Source: Promethearchaeia archaeon
GTDB taxonomy: Archaea > Asgardarchaeota > Lokiarchaeia > Sigyniarchaeales > SOKP01
Reading direction: 5' to 3'
Length of the DNA stretch: 64,000 nt
Assembly: GCA_029856045.1 (NCBI GenBank)
Contig: JAHQWG010000012.1
Coordinates: forward strand, 1-64,000
Below the pieces are notes generated by a model, which did no database searches, had not been told where the DNA came from, and was given only the letters and a program-made list of their open reading frames with translations. This document shows, piece by piece, positions 9,073 to 19,195 of the stretch. How positions within the stretch are numbered: position 1 is the stretch's first letter; every line of letters begins with the position of its first letter. The position numbers and the translations under genes were made by a program.

Positions 9073-10296
9073 CTATGAATAGATATTGAGTTTTTTAACT
9101 TCAAATAATCCTTTTTTGAGATATTTTTCTAAATTCATCGATTCCAATAGATCAAAAACTAATTTATTGTTAAACTCTTGATTGTTAGGGCAATATGGAC
9201 ATTTTTTTTTTACTTTCAGATTAGGAGAGATTTTATTTAATAAATCTTTAATTTCATGTATTTCTAAACCGATACAAGCTGTGAAAACTGGTAAATCTAA
9301 AAATTTATTACTGTACGCTAGGATATCTAATTCTACAGCATTAGGGCAACAATCAATGTTGGTTAAATTGATGCCAGTAGTTAATCCTCGAATTTTAATT
9401 TCACCTTTAAAGTGACTAGATTTTAAAAGATTTGATATAATTTTTAATCGAATTAGACTACAAAGAGCGCACACATACTTTTTTTCACTGATTTTGTTAT
9501 AAATTTTTTTTAAAATAGGATTAAAATTTATGATATTAAGGTTTAAATTTTTATCGTTGGAGTATGTCCCTATAATCTTCCAATTATTTAAAATTGAATC
9601 TAAATTTTTCTTATTTTCAAATAAATTAAAGATAATCGGGTTTATATTGCAACCACGTTTCATTAATAAAAATGCCGCAAGATAATCAGTTGGTCGTCCA
9701 ATATCCATATTAATAATATGTTTCCCAGGTTCAATTGGAAGACCTCCCCAATCAGTTTTTATAATTCTTGTGAAAATATAAGTAAAATTATCTCGAACTT
9801 CGACAAATATTTTCTTTTTGGGATTTGATAAATTAACATTTAGGTTCAAATCTTTAAAATAACTTAAAACTGCATCACCACACTGTTCTGCAACATCTTG
9901 TGATGTAAATGGATGTTTTCCGGATCTCCTTACTCTTATAGCAAAAGAATCACTTTTTTCTAAAATATCTTTCCCTACTTCAAGAGTTCTATTGATAATA
10001 TTTTTAATTGTACTTGAGGTTCTTACAGCGGGACTAATTGAGTGAATTCCAAAAACTCTTTTATTTAAAACACTGATAGCCTCTTTTATATCTTCATTTT
10101 TAAAGAAAAACAATATTCTTGCAAAATCTTGAGTGTATTGATATTTAGGAAAAGGGATATTATTTTTTGTCAAAGAAAAAATGATATTTTTTGTCAAAGT
10201 TTTTATCATTCGGCTTTTTATTTTCTTTGATTTAAGCCAAATTTCATTGTATCGTATGAGTATTAAATTAAAAAGCTTTGAGTTTATGTTTTGCAT
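9073..10296 (-). CDS. thiI: ThiI-like THUMP-domain tRNA sulfurtransferase with degenerate PP-loop
   Basis: ILIRYNEIWLKS, THUMP (FAIRVRRSGKHPFTS, VNLSNP), GGLP, LMKRGC, CALC. The usual SGGxDS reads DIGRPTD. Confidence 0.75.
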   Translation of the reverse strand: MQNINSKLFNLILIRYNEIWLKSKKIKSRMIKTLTKNIIFSLTKNNIPFPKYQYTQDFARILFFFKNEDIKEAISVLNKRVFGIHSISPAVRTSSTIKNIINRTLEVGKDILEKSDSFAIRVRRSGKHPFTSQDVAEQCGDAVLSYFKDLNLNVNLSNPKKKIFVEVRDNFTYIFTRIIKTDWGGLPIEPGKHIINMDIGRPTDYLAAFLLMKRGCNINPIIFNLFENKKNLDSILNNWKIIGTYSNDKNLNLNIINFNPILKKIYNKISEKKYVCALCSLIRLKIISNLLKSSHFKGEIKIRGLTTGINLTNIDCCPNAVELDILAYSNKFLDLPVFTACIGLEIHEIKDLLNKISPNLKVKKKCPYCPNNQEFNNKLVFDLLESMNLEKYLKKGLFEVKKLNIYS

Positions 10297-10358
10297 TTTA
10301 ATACCTTAATAATTTTTATATATTAATAATTTTATAGTTAATTTGTTTTTAAATAAAT

Positions 10359-11945
10359 ATGAAAACAACTTCTATTAAAGTAGCAAATCCAACAATTTCA
10401 GAGGGCGTAAAAAAAAGAATTGTGATAATTTCAGATACCCATATAAGTAATAGTGAATCGGATTTTAATTTGACTGCTTTTAGAAAGGGAATAGCCCAAA
10501 TAAATAAACTTAAAAACATAGATTATTTCATACACCTTGGTGATCTCACTCAAAACGGTACTTTAAATGAATTTGAATATGCAAAAACGTTGATGAATGA
10601 GATAAAGCAAAAAATCTCAGTTCAATATGTTATTGGAAATCATGATGCATTAAATGTAGGATATTTACTTTTTGAAGAAATGATTGGAGAGCGACATTTT
10701 GAAATTGAAGATGAAAATTTTTTCTTATTAGCGGTAGATTCGACTATACCTGACTTGGCTACGGGTAAGATTAATTTTAGAACAATGATGAGGATAAAAA
10801 AGTTATTGTTGGATCGACCTAATAAAATGAAGGTTGTTTGTTTTCATCATCAATTAATACCAATCCCACATACAGGGAAGGAAAGGTCTGCAATCCTTGA
10901 TTCTGGTGATATGCTTCAAATACTCAAAGAGTGTGGGGTTCATTTAGTTATAAATGGACATAGACATATATCAAATCTTTATACTATTAATTTGGGAGAA
11001 CAAGATCTTCTAGCTTTTAATTCTGGCACATTTTCCTCTAACAAAACAAGATATAGGGAAAATTTTACTTATAATATAATAGATATAAATAATGATATTT
11101 TTAGATTTAATATAATTCCAATCCTACAACAAGAAAGATTTAAAAAAGAAATTTTTAGAAAAGTATCCACTTATTCCTTGAGAAAGAAGAAAAAAGATGA
11201 AAAACCTTTTTGTAAATTAATACACTTTTTTGATTCTTCTCTTTCTCCAGACGATAAAAAAACCGAACAAACCTTTGATAAATTAATTCAAAAAATCAAC
11301 AATCAAAAAGACATTTCAATTGTTTTACACTCTGGAAATGTAACTAAGAATAGTTATAAAGAAGAATATGAATTTGCAATTGAGAGATTAAAGGGCATAG
11401 CATATCCTTACATCATAGTTCCCGGAATAAATGATGTTAAACCAAATGGTTATCAATTATGGCTCAAAAACATTGGTGATTTAGATTCTACTTATGAAGA
11501 TAATAAATTAGTTGTTTTGGCATTGGATACAACTACATTTAATTCTAAAGTTGGTCGAATTGGACGTCGTAGAATAAAAGAAATTTCAGAACAGACTATG
11601 AAAAAATCAAGAGAGAAAGTAATTTGTGTTTTATGTCATCATGAGATAATTCCTACGCCCATGAGTGTTTGGAAAACAGAGTTAATCGATGCAGGAGATG
11701 TATTATCAAGATTTTCTTTATCACAGATTGCTTTAATTCTGACCAGCTCATCTGGTTTGTCAATAAATACAAAAATAGATAATTCAATATTTTCTAGCGT
11801 ATCTAGTTTGAAAAAGGATTATTTCAACGAGATTTTTATAGAAATAGACATATTTAAAGATGGCTTAGTAGAATTATATGAGCATGATTTAACGGAACAT
11901 AAAATTACAAATATTGGGAGATATTCAATTAATCTATTTACTTAG
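10359..11945 (+). CDS. Tandem calcineurin-like metallophosphoesterase (CpdA/Icc-like); second domain degenerate
   Basis: Domain 1: DTH, GD, GNHD, HH, GHRH. Domain 2: DSS, GN, GIND, HH, TSSS. Confidence 0.8.
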   Translation: MKTTSIKVANPTISEGVKKRIVIISDTHISNSESDFNLTAFRKGIAQINKLKNIDYFIHLGDLTQNGTLNEFEYAKTLMNEIKQKISVQYVIGNHDALNVGYLLFEEMIGERHFEIEDENFFLLAVDSTIPDLATGKINFRTMMRIKKLLLDRPNKMKVVCFHHQLIPIPHTGKERSAILDSGDMLQILKECGVHLVINGHRHISNLYTINLGEQDLLAFNSGTFSSNKTRYRENFTYNIIDINNDIFRFNIIPILQQERFKKEIFRKVSTYSLRKKKKDEKPFCKLIHFFDSSLSPDDKKTEQTFDKLIQKINNQKDISIVLHSGNVTKNSYKEEYEFAIERLKGIAYPYIIVPGINDVKPNGYQLWLKNIGDLDSTYEDNKLVVLALDTTTFNSKVGRIGRRRIKEISEQTMKKSREKVICVLCHHEIIPTPMSVWKTELIDAGDVLSRFSLSQIALILTSSSGLSINTKIDNSIFSSVSSLKKDYFNEIFIEIDIFKDGLVELYEHDLTEHKITNIGRYSINLFT

Positions 11946-12681
11946 ATTCTTCCAGTAGTTTAGCAGGATGACCACCGTAATTTTTATTTACCTCCAATAT
12001 TTGTCCTGGTAAAGTATAAGAATGTGCAGTAATCTTTACGTTTTCTCCTACTTGCGTTCCAGGCATTAATACAACCTTAGAACCCATTTCAACATTACTG
12101 TTAATTAAGATGCTTTTTAAAAAGAACTTATCCTTTTCAATTCCATATGAGAGTATTGTGCTACTAATCCCGCAAATTACATTATTTCCAATAGAAATAA
12201 ATTCTGAAGATATCCAACATTGATCACAAGATGTATTCTTTCCTATTCTAACTCCAAAAATCCTTAAAACAAATTTATTTTTTAACCATGGCAAAGGATT
12301 TGTTCCAGCTACATAAAGTGGCCACTTTTTTATCAAATTTCTAATATTCCAAAATAAATAATCCTTATCTTTAATGTCTCGTTGGAAGATTCCTTCTTTT
12401 GGTTTGTGAATTAAATTAACAATCATAATAAAAATTTTGGAGACAAGAAGTGAGCTAAGTAACAGGATATAAATTCCAGCTATGATATTAAGTGGAAAGA
12501 AAATCCAAAATAACCAAATCCAGCCAGATACCCAAAAAAGTGTAAAATAATAATTTTCGAAAATTGTTAATGGAATAAAACTAAGAAATATTATTATAAA
12601 ATAGATAACTAAATATTTTTTCCTAATTCGTGCATCTACTGGAGTAGGAGAAGCAAGCTTCATGCTAGTTGGACCACTCAT
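11938..12681 (-). CDS. Membrane protein with left-handed beta-helix (hexapeptide acyltransferase) domain
   Basis: Two TM helices, PKEG..F motif, FGVRIGKN, hexapeptide repeats, GHPAK. Confidence 0.75.
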   Translation of the reverse strand: MSGPTSMKLASPTPVDARIRKKYLVIYFIIIFLSFIPLTIFENYYFTLFWVSGWIWLFWIFFPLNIIAGIYILLLSSLLVSKIFIMIVNLIHKPKEGIFQRDIKDKDYLFWNIRNLIKKWPLYVAGTNPLPWLKNKFVLRIFGVRIGKNTSCDQCWISSEFISIGNNVICGISSTILSYGIEKDKFFLKSILINSNVEMGSKVVLMPGTQVGENVKITAHSYTLPGQILEVNKNYGGHPAKLLEESK

Positions 12682-12692
12682 TTTTTTTTCAC

Positions 12693-13514
12693 CTACTGAT
12701 TCTTACCTTTTTGTGGTTTTTTTTTTTTATATTGTTCAACTCCAAGCCTTGTCAATTTATTCTCAGTCTCCTCAATACTCATAATTGGAAAACTTTTAGA
12801 GACGGGAACACCAATATGAATTTTACCTCCTTCTAATGCTTGTCCAATTTTTGTTATACTATTGGCTCCTAAAATTGTTCCTTCTTCTAAAGTGGTTCCT
12901 GGAGAAACAATTGTTTGGGGTCCAATAATGCAATTTCTTCCAATTTCGACACGCTTTATTATTAGTTTATCATTGTATATTAAATGCGAGTGAATTATAG
13001 TATTAAGGCTCGTCATTGTATGATCTCCGATAGTAATAAATTCTGGATCAACCCAACCATCATAAATACATACATTTCTTCCTAATTTTACTCCAAAAAT
13101 TCTATACACAGCAATATCTAACCACGGAAGAGGGAGTGCTCTTACTGACCAAAGAGGAAGATAAGTTATCCAATATCTGTACCTCCAAAACTTCCAATCT
13201 TTACTATTTCGCTCAAATATTCCCTCTTTAGGGGGATAGACTTTATTTACTAATCGTAATAATAGAAATGCAATAAAAGTAATAGAAAATGTAAATAAAT
13301 ACAAACAACTATATACAGATAATGGAACCAATAACCATAGAATCCAAAACCCTTGAAGCAAATAATCAATTAACCATAAACTTGTATAGATTACAATAGA
13401 AATACCACAAATAAATTCAATTAATAAAAAGAATGATGCTTTATCCTTAAAAATTCCAGAAGTTGATATGATCAAAACATTTTTGTTCTTTAATTGCACC
13501 ATTTTGAAGATCAT
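12693..13514 (-). CDS. Membrane protein with hexapeptide acyltransferase domain (paralog of neighbour)
   Basis: Two TM helices, PKEGIF, FGVKLGRN, IGRNCIIG, GVPV. Confidence 0.75.
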   Translation of the reverse strand: MIFKMVQLKNKNVLIISTSGIFKDKASFFLLIEFICGISIVIYTSLWLIDYLLQGFWILWLLVPLSVYSCLYLFTFSITFIAFLLLRLVNKVYPPKEGIFERNSKDWKFWRYRYWITYLPLWSVRALPLPWLDIAVYRIFGVKLGRNVCIYDGWVDPEFITIGDHTMTSLNTIIHSHLIYNDKLIIKRVEIGRNCIIGPQTIVSPGTTLEEGTILGANSITKIGQALEGGKIHIGVPVSKSFPIMSIEETENKLTRLGVEQYKKKKPQKGKNQ

Positions 13515-13639
13515 ATACAGTTAATTTTTTTAATATAAAATATTTTTTATAGTATAAAAGATATCCAAAATTTTTTTTTTCAAAATTATAATTAAGAAGA
13601 ACATATTTAAAATATTTAAATTAATATTACTAAGTATAT

Positions 13640-13652
13640 CGAAATATATAAA
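13640..13652 (+). promoter_or_regulatory. Putative BRE + TATA box
   Basis: CGAAA-TATATAAA, ending about 20 nt upstream of the proposed start of the coiled-coil gene. Confidence 0.4.
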
Positions 13653-13671
13653 GTAATCAAGGTGAAAAACA

Positions 13672-14571
13672 ATAAGTATTAATTGGGCTGCAATAGAAGC
13701 AAAACCAGATAAGGCACAAAAGGTTCAAGGGCAAGTCTTATTGGATTTACGAGCAAAAGTGAATGATTTAGAAAAGCAATTAGCTACTACTAAAACGGAA
13801 TTAGATAAAAAAATTAAAGAATTAAAAGCAACTAATGATAAATTATCATCGACGGAACAGAGTTTGAATGAAACTAAAGAAAAATTAAGTTCTACAGAAT
13901 CAAAATTGAGTACTCTAAAAGGAGAAAAGGAAACAGCAGATAGTAAAATTATTGAACTTGAATCAAATCTACAATCAACTAAATCTGAATTAGAAAAAGC
14001 GAATGAAAAGAGTTCTGATTTAGAAAATGAACTAGGGGATGCTAAAACAAAAAACACAGAATTAGACGGAAAATTAAATAATGTGTCTGGAACTGTTGCT
14101 GATTTAGAAAAGGAAATATCACAAAAAGATAAAGATATAGAAGAACTTAAAAGTAAATTAGAAAAAGAAGGAGAAGAACTTAAAATTAATCTCGAGACAA
14201 AAACAAATAAAATCAAAGAACTTGAAACTGAAATTGCTTCTAATCATGATAGAATTAATGAATTAACAAATGATTTGAATGAAAAGGAAAGTCAATTGAC
14301 TGCTTTAACAACTTCTCTCACACAGAAAGATGACGTATTGGCTAAGGCTGCTGAGCACTTAGAGGAGGTTGAGTCTGAATTAAGTGAGTTAAAGCCACCA
14401 GAGATTAGCGCAGCTGGAGGTTTTTCGAGTGAAGAGAGAATTATCTGTCCTATGTGTGGCGGAAAGTCAATTAAAGAGGTTGAAGATAAGAGTAAAGTGC
14501 TGTCTTATGTTGGTCATATTCCGTTGTACGCCAAGAAGCGTATTTGCAAACAGTGTGGCTACGAATTTTAA
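13672..14571 (+). CDS. Long coiled-coil protein with C-terminal Zn ribbon (proposed ATA start; track start 13741)
   Basis: Heptad-rich body; CPMCG...CKQCGYEF. The frame is open back to TGA at 13663, and AGGTGA (SD-like) precedes ATA at 13672. Confidence 0.7.
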   Translation: MSINWAAIEAKPDKAQKVQGQVLLDLRAKVNDLEKQLATTKTELDKKIKELKATNDKLSSTEQSLNETKEKLSSTESKLSTLKGEKETADSKIIELESNLQSTKSELEKANEKSSDLENELGDAKTKNTELDGKLNNVSGTVADLEKEISQKDKDIEELKSKLEKEGEELKINLETKTNKIKELETEIASNHDRINELTNDLNEKESQLTALTTSLTQKDDVLAKAAEHLEEVESELSELKPPEISAAGGFSSEERIICPMCGGKSIKEVEDKSKVLSYVGHIPLYAKKRICKQCGYEF

Positions 14572-14742
14572 GATTTCTTTTTTCTATTTATTTTTTTTAA
14601 TGTTTGGCTTATTTGCATTAATTTAAATCATCCTATGAAGATTTAATGAAATATTTGAAATTATGTTCTTTGCAGATTTTTTATCAAAAATAAAAAATTT
14701 TAATTTTTTTTAATTTAAGTAACAGTTTAAAAATAAAGTAAT

Positions 14743-15891
14743 TTGAATAAGATGCAATATAAAACAAAAATTTTTTTCACTTCAAATGTATTTTCTGATA
14801 CCGAGATCGGTAAAAATACAAAAATAAGTAAAAAATATCGAGAAAAAATAGTGGAATTATGGGATATTCTAAGAAAGAAAGCAGAATTAAACATCTTCAA
14901 TGGACGCTTTCCTTCAGAATCTCAAATATATAGTGAAATAAAAAATTTTAATCCTGATATTATTGGATGTCATTTAAGTCATAAATTAGCAACAGATATT
15001 CTTGAAGATTCAGAAATATTTGCAATTGCTACTGCGACAATGGGATATAACCATATTGGGAGGATTTCTGGAGATAAAATTTTAATATCTCATACTCCAG
15101 GTGTTCTTTTTGAGACTGTAGCAGATTTTACAATAGCAATTATTATGACAAACCTTAGAAACTTAGTTGATTTACATAATTTTGTATGGACTGGAAAATG
15201 GACAACAGAAGAGAAGTGGGACCTCGACCAAAAACTGTGTTCAATAATTAATATTAAAACACTGGGAATTATTGGTTTAGGTCAAATAGGTCAAGAGGTA
15301 ATAAAAAGATTATATCCTTGGGGAGTAAAAATATGGTATAATGATATATTCAGAAATAAAGCGATGGAAGAAAAATTTCCGGGAATAAAATTTATTGATA
15401 ATTATGAAGAGATTTTTACTAATTGTGATATTATTTCACTTCACATTCCTTTAATGGAAAAAACTAAAGGAATTGTCAATAGAGATTTATTAAAATTAAT
15501 GAAAAAGGATGCGGTTTTAGTTAACACCGCACGAGGTGAAATAATCAATATTTATGATCTTTTAGAATTACTAGAAAATAGAGAGATCTCGATAAATTTG
15601 GCGTTTGATGTTTTCGAACCAATTGAACCAATTCAACCTAAAATCTTAGAACGTTTTAAAAAAATAAAAAAAGAAAATCCTAATTTGCGATTTACTTTTA
15701 TACCTCATAATGCAAGTGCAGATGCAGATACCAGGGCTAAAATGAATGTTATGTTTTTGCAAGATATTATAAAAATCATTGAATCTAAAAATTTAGATGA
15801 TTTAGAAGAGGTCCATATTATCCCCGAACAAAAGAAAAGAAAAAATGAAATTGATTTTCGAATTAAAAAATATTGGAAAAAAAAGGCTTGA
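14743..15891 (+). CDS. D-isomer-specific 2-hydroxyacid dehydrogenase (glyoxylate reductase-like)
   Basis: TPGVL.ETVAD, GLGQIG, HIPL, NTARG, DVFE, PHNAS. Confidence 0.85.
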   Translation: MNKMQYKTKIFFTSNVFSDTEIGKNTKISKKYREKIVELWDILRKKAELNIFNGRFPSESQIYSEIKNFNPDIIGCHLSHKLATDILEDSEIFAIATATMGYNHIGRISGDKILISHTPGVLFETVADFTIAIIMTNLRNLVDLHNFVWTGKWTTEEKWDLDQKLCSIINIKTLGIIGLGQIGQEVIKRLYPWGVKIWYNDIFRNKAMEEKFPGIKFIDNYEEIFTNCDIISLHIPLMEKTKGIVNRDLLKLMKKDAVLVNTARGEIINIYDLLELLENREISINLAFDVFEPIEPIQPKILERFKKIKKENPNLRFTFIPHNASADADTRAKMNVMFLQDIIKIIESKNLDDLEEVHIIPEQKKRKNEIDFRIKKYWKKKA

Positions 15892-15898
15892 AAAAATT

Positions 15899-16474
15899 AT
15901 GAAAATAAGAACATTTATTGCATTTGAATTAAGAGATGATAAAACAGTTAGGAGTTTATTTGATTTCTCTTCTAAATTAAAAAATATTCAAACAAAAATT
16001 AAGATAGTTGAACCAGAAAACTATCATATTACAATGAAATTTCTCGGCAATATTGAAGAATCTCAAGCTAAAGTGATATATAATTTAATTACTAATCATA
16101 TCAACAATGAATTTTTTAAAGAGGGATTAAAAAAATATTCGCTAAAAGGGGTTGGGGAGTTTAAAGGATATAGTACAATTTGGGTTAGGTTGATTGGGGA
16201 TATTCAATTTTTGCAAGAGATTAAAGATACCCTTGAGAATTTATTAAAAAGCCAACTCAATATTGAAAAAGATAAAAGGGAAATTTTTAAACCACATTTA
16301 ACTATTGGGAGATTAAAATCTAATAAAATTAATTATAAAAATTTTGATGATTTTAAAAATTTGATTAAGCAGAATAAAAATTTAGATTTAGGTGAATTCA
16401 CAATAAATAAATTAGTGTTAAAAAAGTCAGATCTAACTCCAAAAGGTCCGATCTATACAACTTTATCGTATTAA
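15899..16474 (+). CDS. thpR: RNA 2',3'-cyclic phosphodiesterase (2H family)
   Basis: RTFIA, HITMKFLG, PHLTIGR, SDLTPKGPIY; ATG at 15899. Confidence 0.9.
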   Translation: MKIRTFIAFELRDDKTVRSLFDFSSKLKNIQTKIKIVEPENYHITMKFLGNIEESQAKVIYNLITNHINNEFFKEGLKKYSLKGVGEFKGYSTIWVRLIGDIQFLQEIKDTLENLLKSQLNIEKDKREIFKPHLTIGRLKSNKINYKNFDDFKNLIKQNKNLDLGEFTINKLVLKKSDLTPKGPIYTTLSY

Positions 16475-16492
16475 TTGAAGTAGAATTGCATT

Positions 16493-17185
16493 ATGAGTGT
16501 TCCAGAGAAGAAAATAAGGGCAATAGCATGGGATTTAGACGGGACTCTCGTATATTTTAATATAGACTTTATTCAAGCGAGAAAAAACGTTATTGAAGTT
16601 TTCACGGAAAATGGAGTAGACCCTTCTGGTTTAAGTATTCAAAAGCCAATAATAGAAAATGTGAACATTGGAAAGGAAAAATTAAAAGAATTGAAAATTT
16701 CTGAGAAAAAAGAAAAAAAAATATTGAAAAAAGTTGAAAAATCTATCATCAAATTAGAGGCTCAGGCAGCAGAAAATGCAAGAATTGTTGATGGAATTAA
16801 GGAGATTTTAGAATTTTGCCATCAAAAACAATTAAGACAAGTAATCTATACTTTAAATACGAATTTAATCGCTAAAAATACTTTAAAAAAGGTAAAGATA
16901 TTAAAATATTTCGATTTTATTGTTGGTAGAGATGATCTATCTAATCCAAAACCTCATAAAGATCATCTAATTTATATTTGTAATAAATTGAATTTATCTA
17001 ATAAAGAATTATTAATTATTGGGGATAATTCACGTGATATTGAAGGTGCAAACAATATGGGTGCGCCATCTATTGGAATTTTAACTATTAGGTACTCAGA
17101 AAAAGGTTTAAAAGGAGCAAATTTTATAATAGAACAGAATAAAATTGCTCAAGATTTAAAAAAAGCAATAAAAACTTTTTTATAG
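16493..17185 (+). CDS. HAD-superfamily hydrolase (phosphoglycolate phosphatase-like)
   Basis: DLDGT, KPH, IGDNSRDIEGA. Confidence 0.85.
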   Translation: MSVPEKKIRAIAWDLDGTLVYFNIDFIQARKNVIEVFTENGVDPSGLSIQKPIIENVNIGKEKLKELKISEKKEKKILKKVEKSIIKLEAQAAENARIVDGIKEILEFCHQKQLRQVIYTLNTNLIAKNTLKKVKILKYFDFIVGRDDLSNPKPHKDHLIYICNKLNLSNKELLIIGDNSRDIEGANNMGAPSIGILTIRYSEKGLKGANFIIEQNKIAQDLKKAIKTFL

Positions 17186-17247
17186 ATATTTCAATTCAAA
17201 TATCTTATTAAAAACAATAAATAAAAAATTTTTAAAAAAGTACAAAA

Positions 17248-17535
17248 ATGAGCTCGATTAAGAGATTGGTATTGGATGTCCTCAAACCTCATCAACCAAA
17301 TATTGACATATTAGCTACAGAATTAATGAATCTCGACCTTATAAAAGGAGTTAAAATAAAAGTCGAGGAGATTGATGAAAAAACAGCTTCAGTAAAAATA
17401 ACAGTTCAGGGAGAAAAATTGGATCTAAAAGAAATTATTGAAAAATTAGAAAGTTTAACATGCGCTGTGCACTCTGTTGATGAAGTGTGGAGCGGGGATT
17501 ATCAAGAGAAGGTAACGCGAACATTGAAGTACTAA
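17248..17535 (+). CDS. DUF211 family protein
   Basis: RLVLDVLKPHQP ... VHSVDEV. Confidence 0.85.
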   Translation: MSSIKRLVLDVLKPHQPNIDILATELMNLDLIKGVKIKVEEIDEKTASVKITVQGEKLDLKEIIEKLESLTCAVHSVDEVWSGDYQEKVTRTLKY

Positions 17536-17572
17536 ATAATAGAAAATATTTGAAGAATTTTTTTTTTGTTAA

Positions 17573-17926
17573 ATGACTGAACCAAAAATCGCAAAAATAG
17601 TTAATGAAAGTGGCGAAATCTCTGATGATTTAGATTATGCCTTAGCTAATTTTTTATTAGCTCAAAGAGGTGCAGGATTTACAGCTTGTCGTCCGCAATT
17701 AGTTGAATTAGAAGATCAAACTAAGGCGATAAAAATGATGATAGACCATACTTACATTGGAAAGGATAACAATGTCTATGGTTTGGGAATTGTAGGTTAC
17801 ATTTATATTTCAACAACAGATTATTCAATTATTTTTTGCACTCCCCTTGGGGAGATGGAAGTAAATATTCAAGTCCTTAAGGATTCTGGAGTTGAAGCCC
17901 AAGTAAGACCAAAAGGAAAATATTAA
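17573..17926 (+). CDS. Hypothetical protein
   Basis: 117-aa ORF in an operon-like run, with normal composition. Confidence 0.65.
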   Translation: MTEPKIAKIVNESGEISDDLDYALANFLLAQRGAGFTACRPQLVELEDQTKAIKMMIDHTYIGKDNNVYGLGIVGYIYISTTDYSIIFCTPLGEMEVNIQVLKDSGVEAQVRPKGKY

Positions 17927-18023
17927 GTATTGAAACAAATAAATTTTATCAATAGTCTTTTTTTCCAAAACTTTTATGATACGGCTTAAATAAAATAAAA
18001 ATTGACTAAAAATCTTGTGAAAA

Positions 18024-18596
18024 TTGATGTCTAAGAATAAAAAAGTGGAATCAGAACATACTGAAAATGTTGATGTACAAATTCTTGACTTTTTATTGGA
18101 AGAAGGAATATTAAGAAAAAAATTACCCTTAAGACCAAAAATTGAGTTTGGTTATGAAATTGCATATCCACCAGATCCTAGAGGAAAGAATCCTAATACT
18201 AAATTAATGGTGATAATTAAACCAAAAGAAAAAGACTATATAATAATTCAAATTGCAACTCAAATTTCCGAACCACATGTAAAAGCTTTAAATTCCTTGC
18301 CAGAAGAGAAAAAATTTTCTTTTTTTATAGATTTGAAAAAAGCATTATTATTAAGAAATTTAATGTATAATATCGATATTCAAAATTATAGATATCTTAT
18401 TTCCGACCAGATCTTCATAGAAAAAAACAATAAGATTTCAAAGAATGATTTATTTAAAGGTATTAAAAATGTTTTTAATATTGCACTTTATGCTAATATT
18501 TTATTAGGGGAACTCTGTTCAGGAAAGATTGATAAATCTATTTTTGAAAAAGGAAAAGGAAACTCATCAGATCCAAGTTTTTCATTATATTCATAA
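18024..18596 (+). CDS. DUF2299-like hypothetical protein
   Basis: LLEEG, KPKEKDYIII, ISEPH pattern. Confidence 0.6.
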   Translation: MMSKNKKVESEHTENVDVQILDFLLEEGILRKKLPLRPKIEFGYEIAYPPDPRGKNPNTKLMVIIKPKEKDYIIIQIATQISEPHVKALNSLPEEKKFSFFIDLKKALLLRNLMYNIDIQNYRYLISDQIFIEKNNKISKNDLFKGIKNVFNIALYANILLGELCSGKIDKSIFEKGKGNSSDPSFSLYS

Positions 18597-18616
18597 TATC
18601 TTAGGTTTTTTATAAA

Positions 18617-19138
18617 ATGTTTAATCGCTGGCTTCAAGTTATTGGAAAAATAGATTATGTTAGAAAAAAAGATCGACCAGATGTTAAGTGTATATTATGC
18701 TCTGTCAGGGATGATGATGAACGGGTAAAGATTTTTAAAATTTATCAAGATGATATAACTTTTGTTTCGCTTAATGCCTTTCCTTATAATCCTGGGCATT
18801 TATTAGTAGTACCCAATAGACATATTAAATCTTTTAGAGAATTAACTAAGACTGAAATAATTCATATCTCTAGATTAATTCAAGGACTTCAATTATTAAT
18901 GATCGATCTATTTAATAATACTGGATTTAATATAGGAATAAATGAGGGTCCCAATTCAGGTGGAAGCATAGAACATTTTCACTATCACATAGTTCCAAGA
19001 TATAATAATGAATTAGGATTTATCGATCTTATTTCAAATTCTCGTATAGCAATTGAAGGGCTAGAGTCTGTTTTAAAACGTTATAAAGAAAAGATTAACG
19101 ATTATATTAATAAAGAACACTTTAAGAATTTTAAATAA
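18617..19138 (+). CDS. HIT-family nucleotide hydrolase (Ap4A phosphorylase-like)
   Basis: CILC, NAFPYNPGH, GFNIGIN, HFHYHIVPR. Confidence 0.9.
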   Translation: MFNRWLQVIGKIDYVRKKDRPDVKCILCSVRDDDERVKIFKIYQDDITFVSLNAFPYNPGHLLVVPNRHIKSFRELTKTEIIHISRLIQGLQLLMIDLFNNTGFNIGINEGPNSGGSIEHFHYHIVPRYNNELGFIDLISNSRIAIEGLESVLKRYKEKINDYINKEHFKNFK

Positions 19139-19195
19139 GAAAAAAAAATAGAATTTAAATAAAACTTTTTTTTAATACTTTATTATTGAATTTAT

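Noticed and set aside
5292-15891. Genome-wide reassignment of UGA (to Trp/Gly)
   Set aside because: TGA ends eS25 (5292-5294) and the 2-hydroxyacid dehydrogenase (15889-15891) at plausible lengths, and Trp is encoded by TGG throughout.
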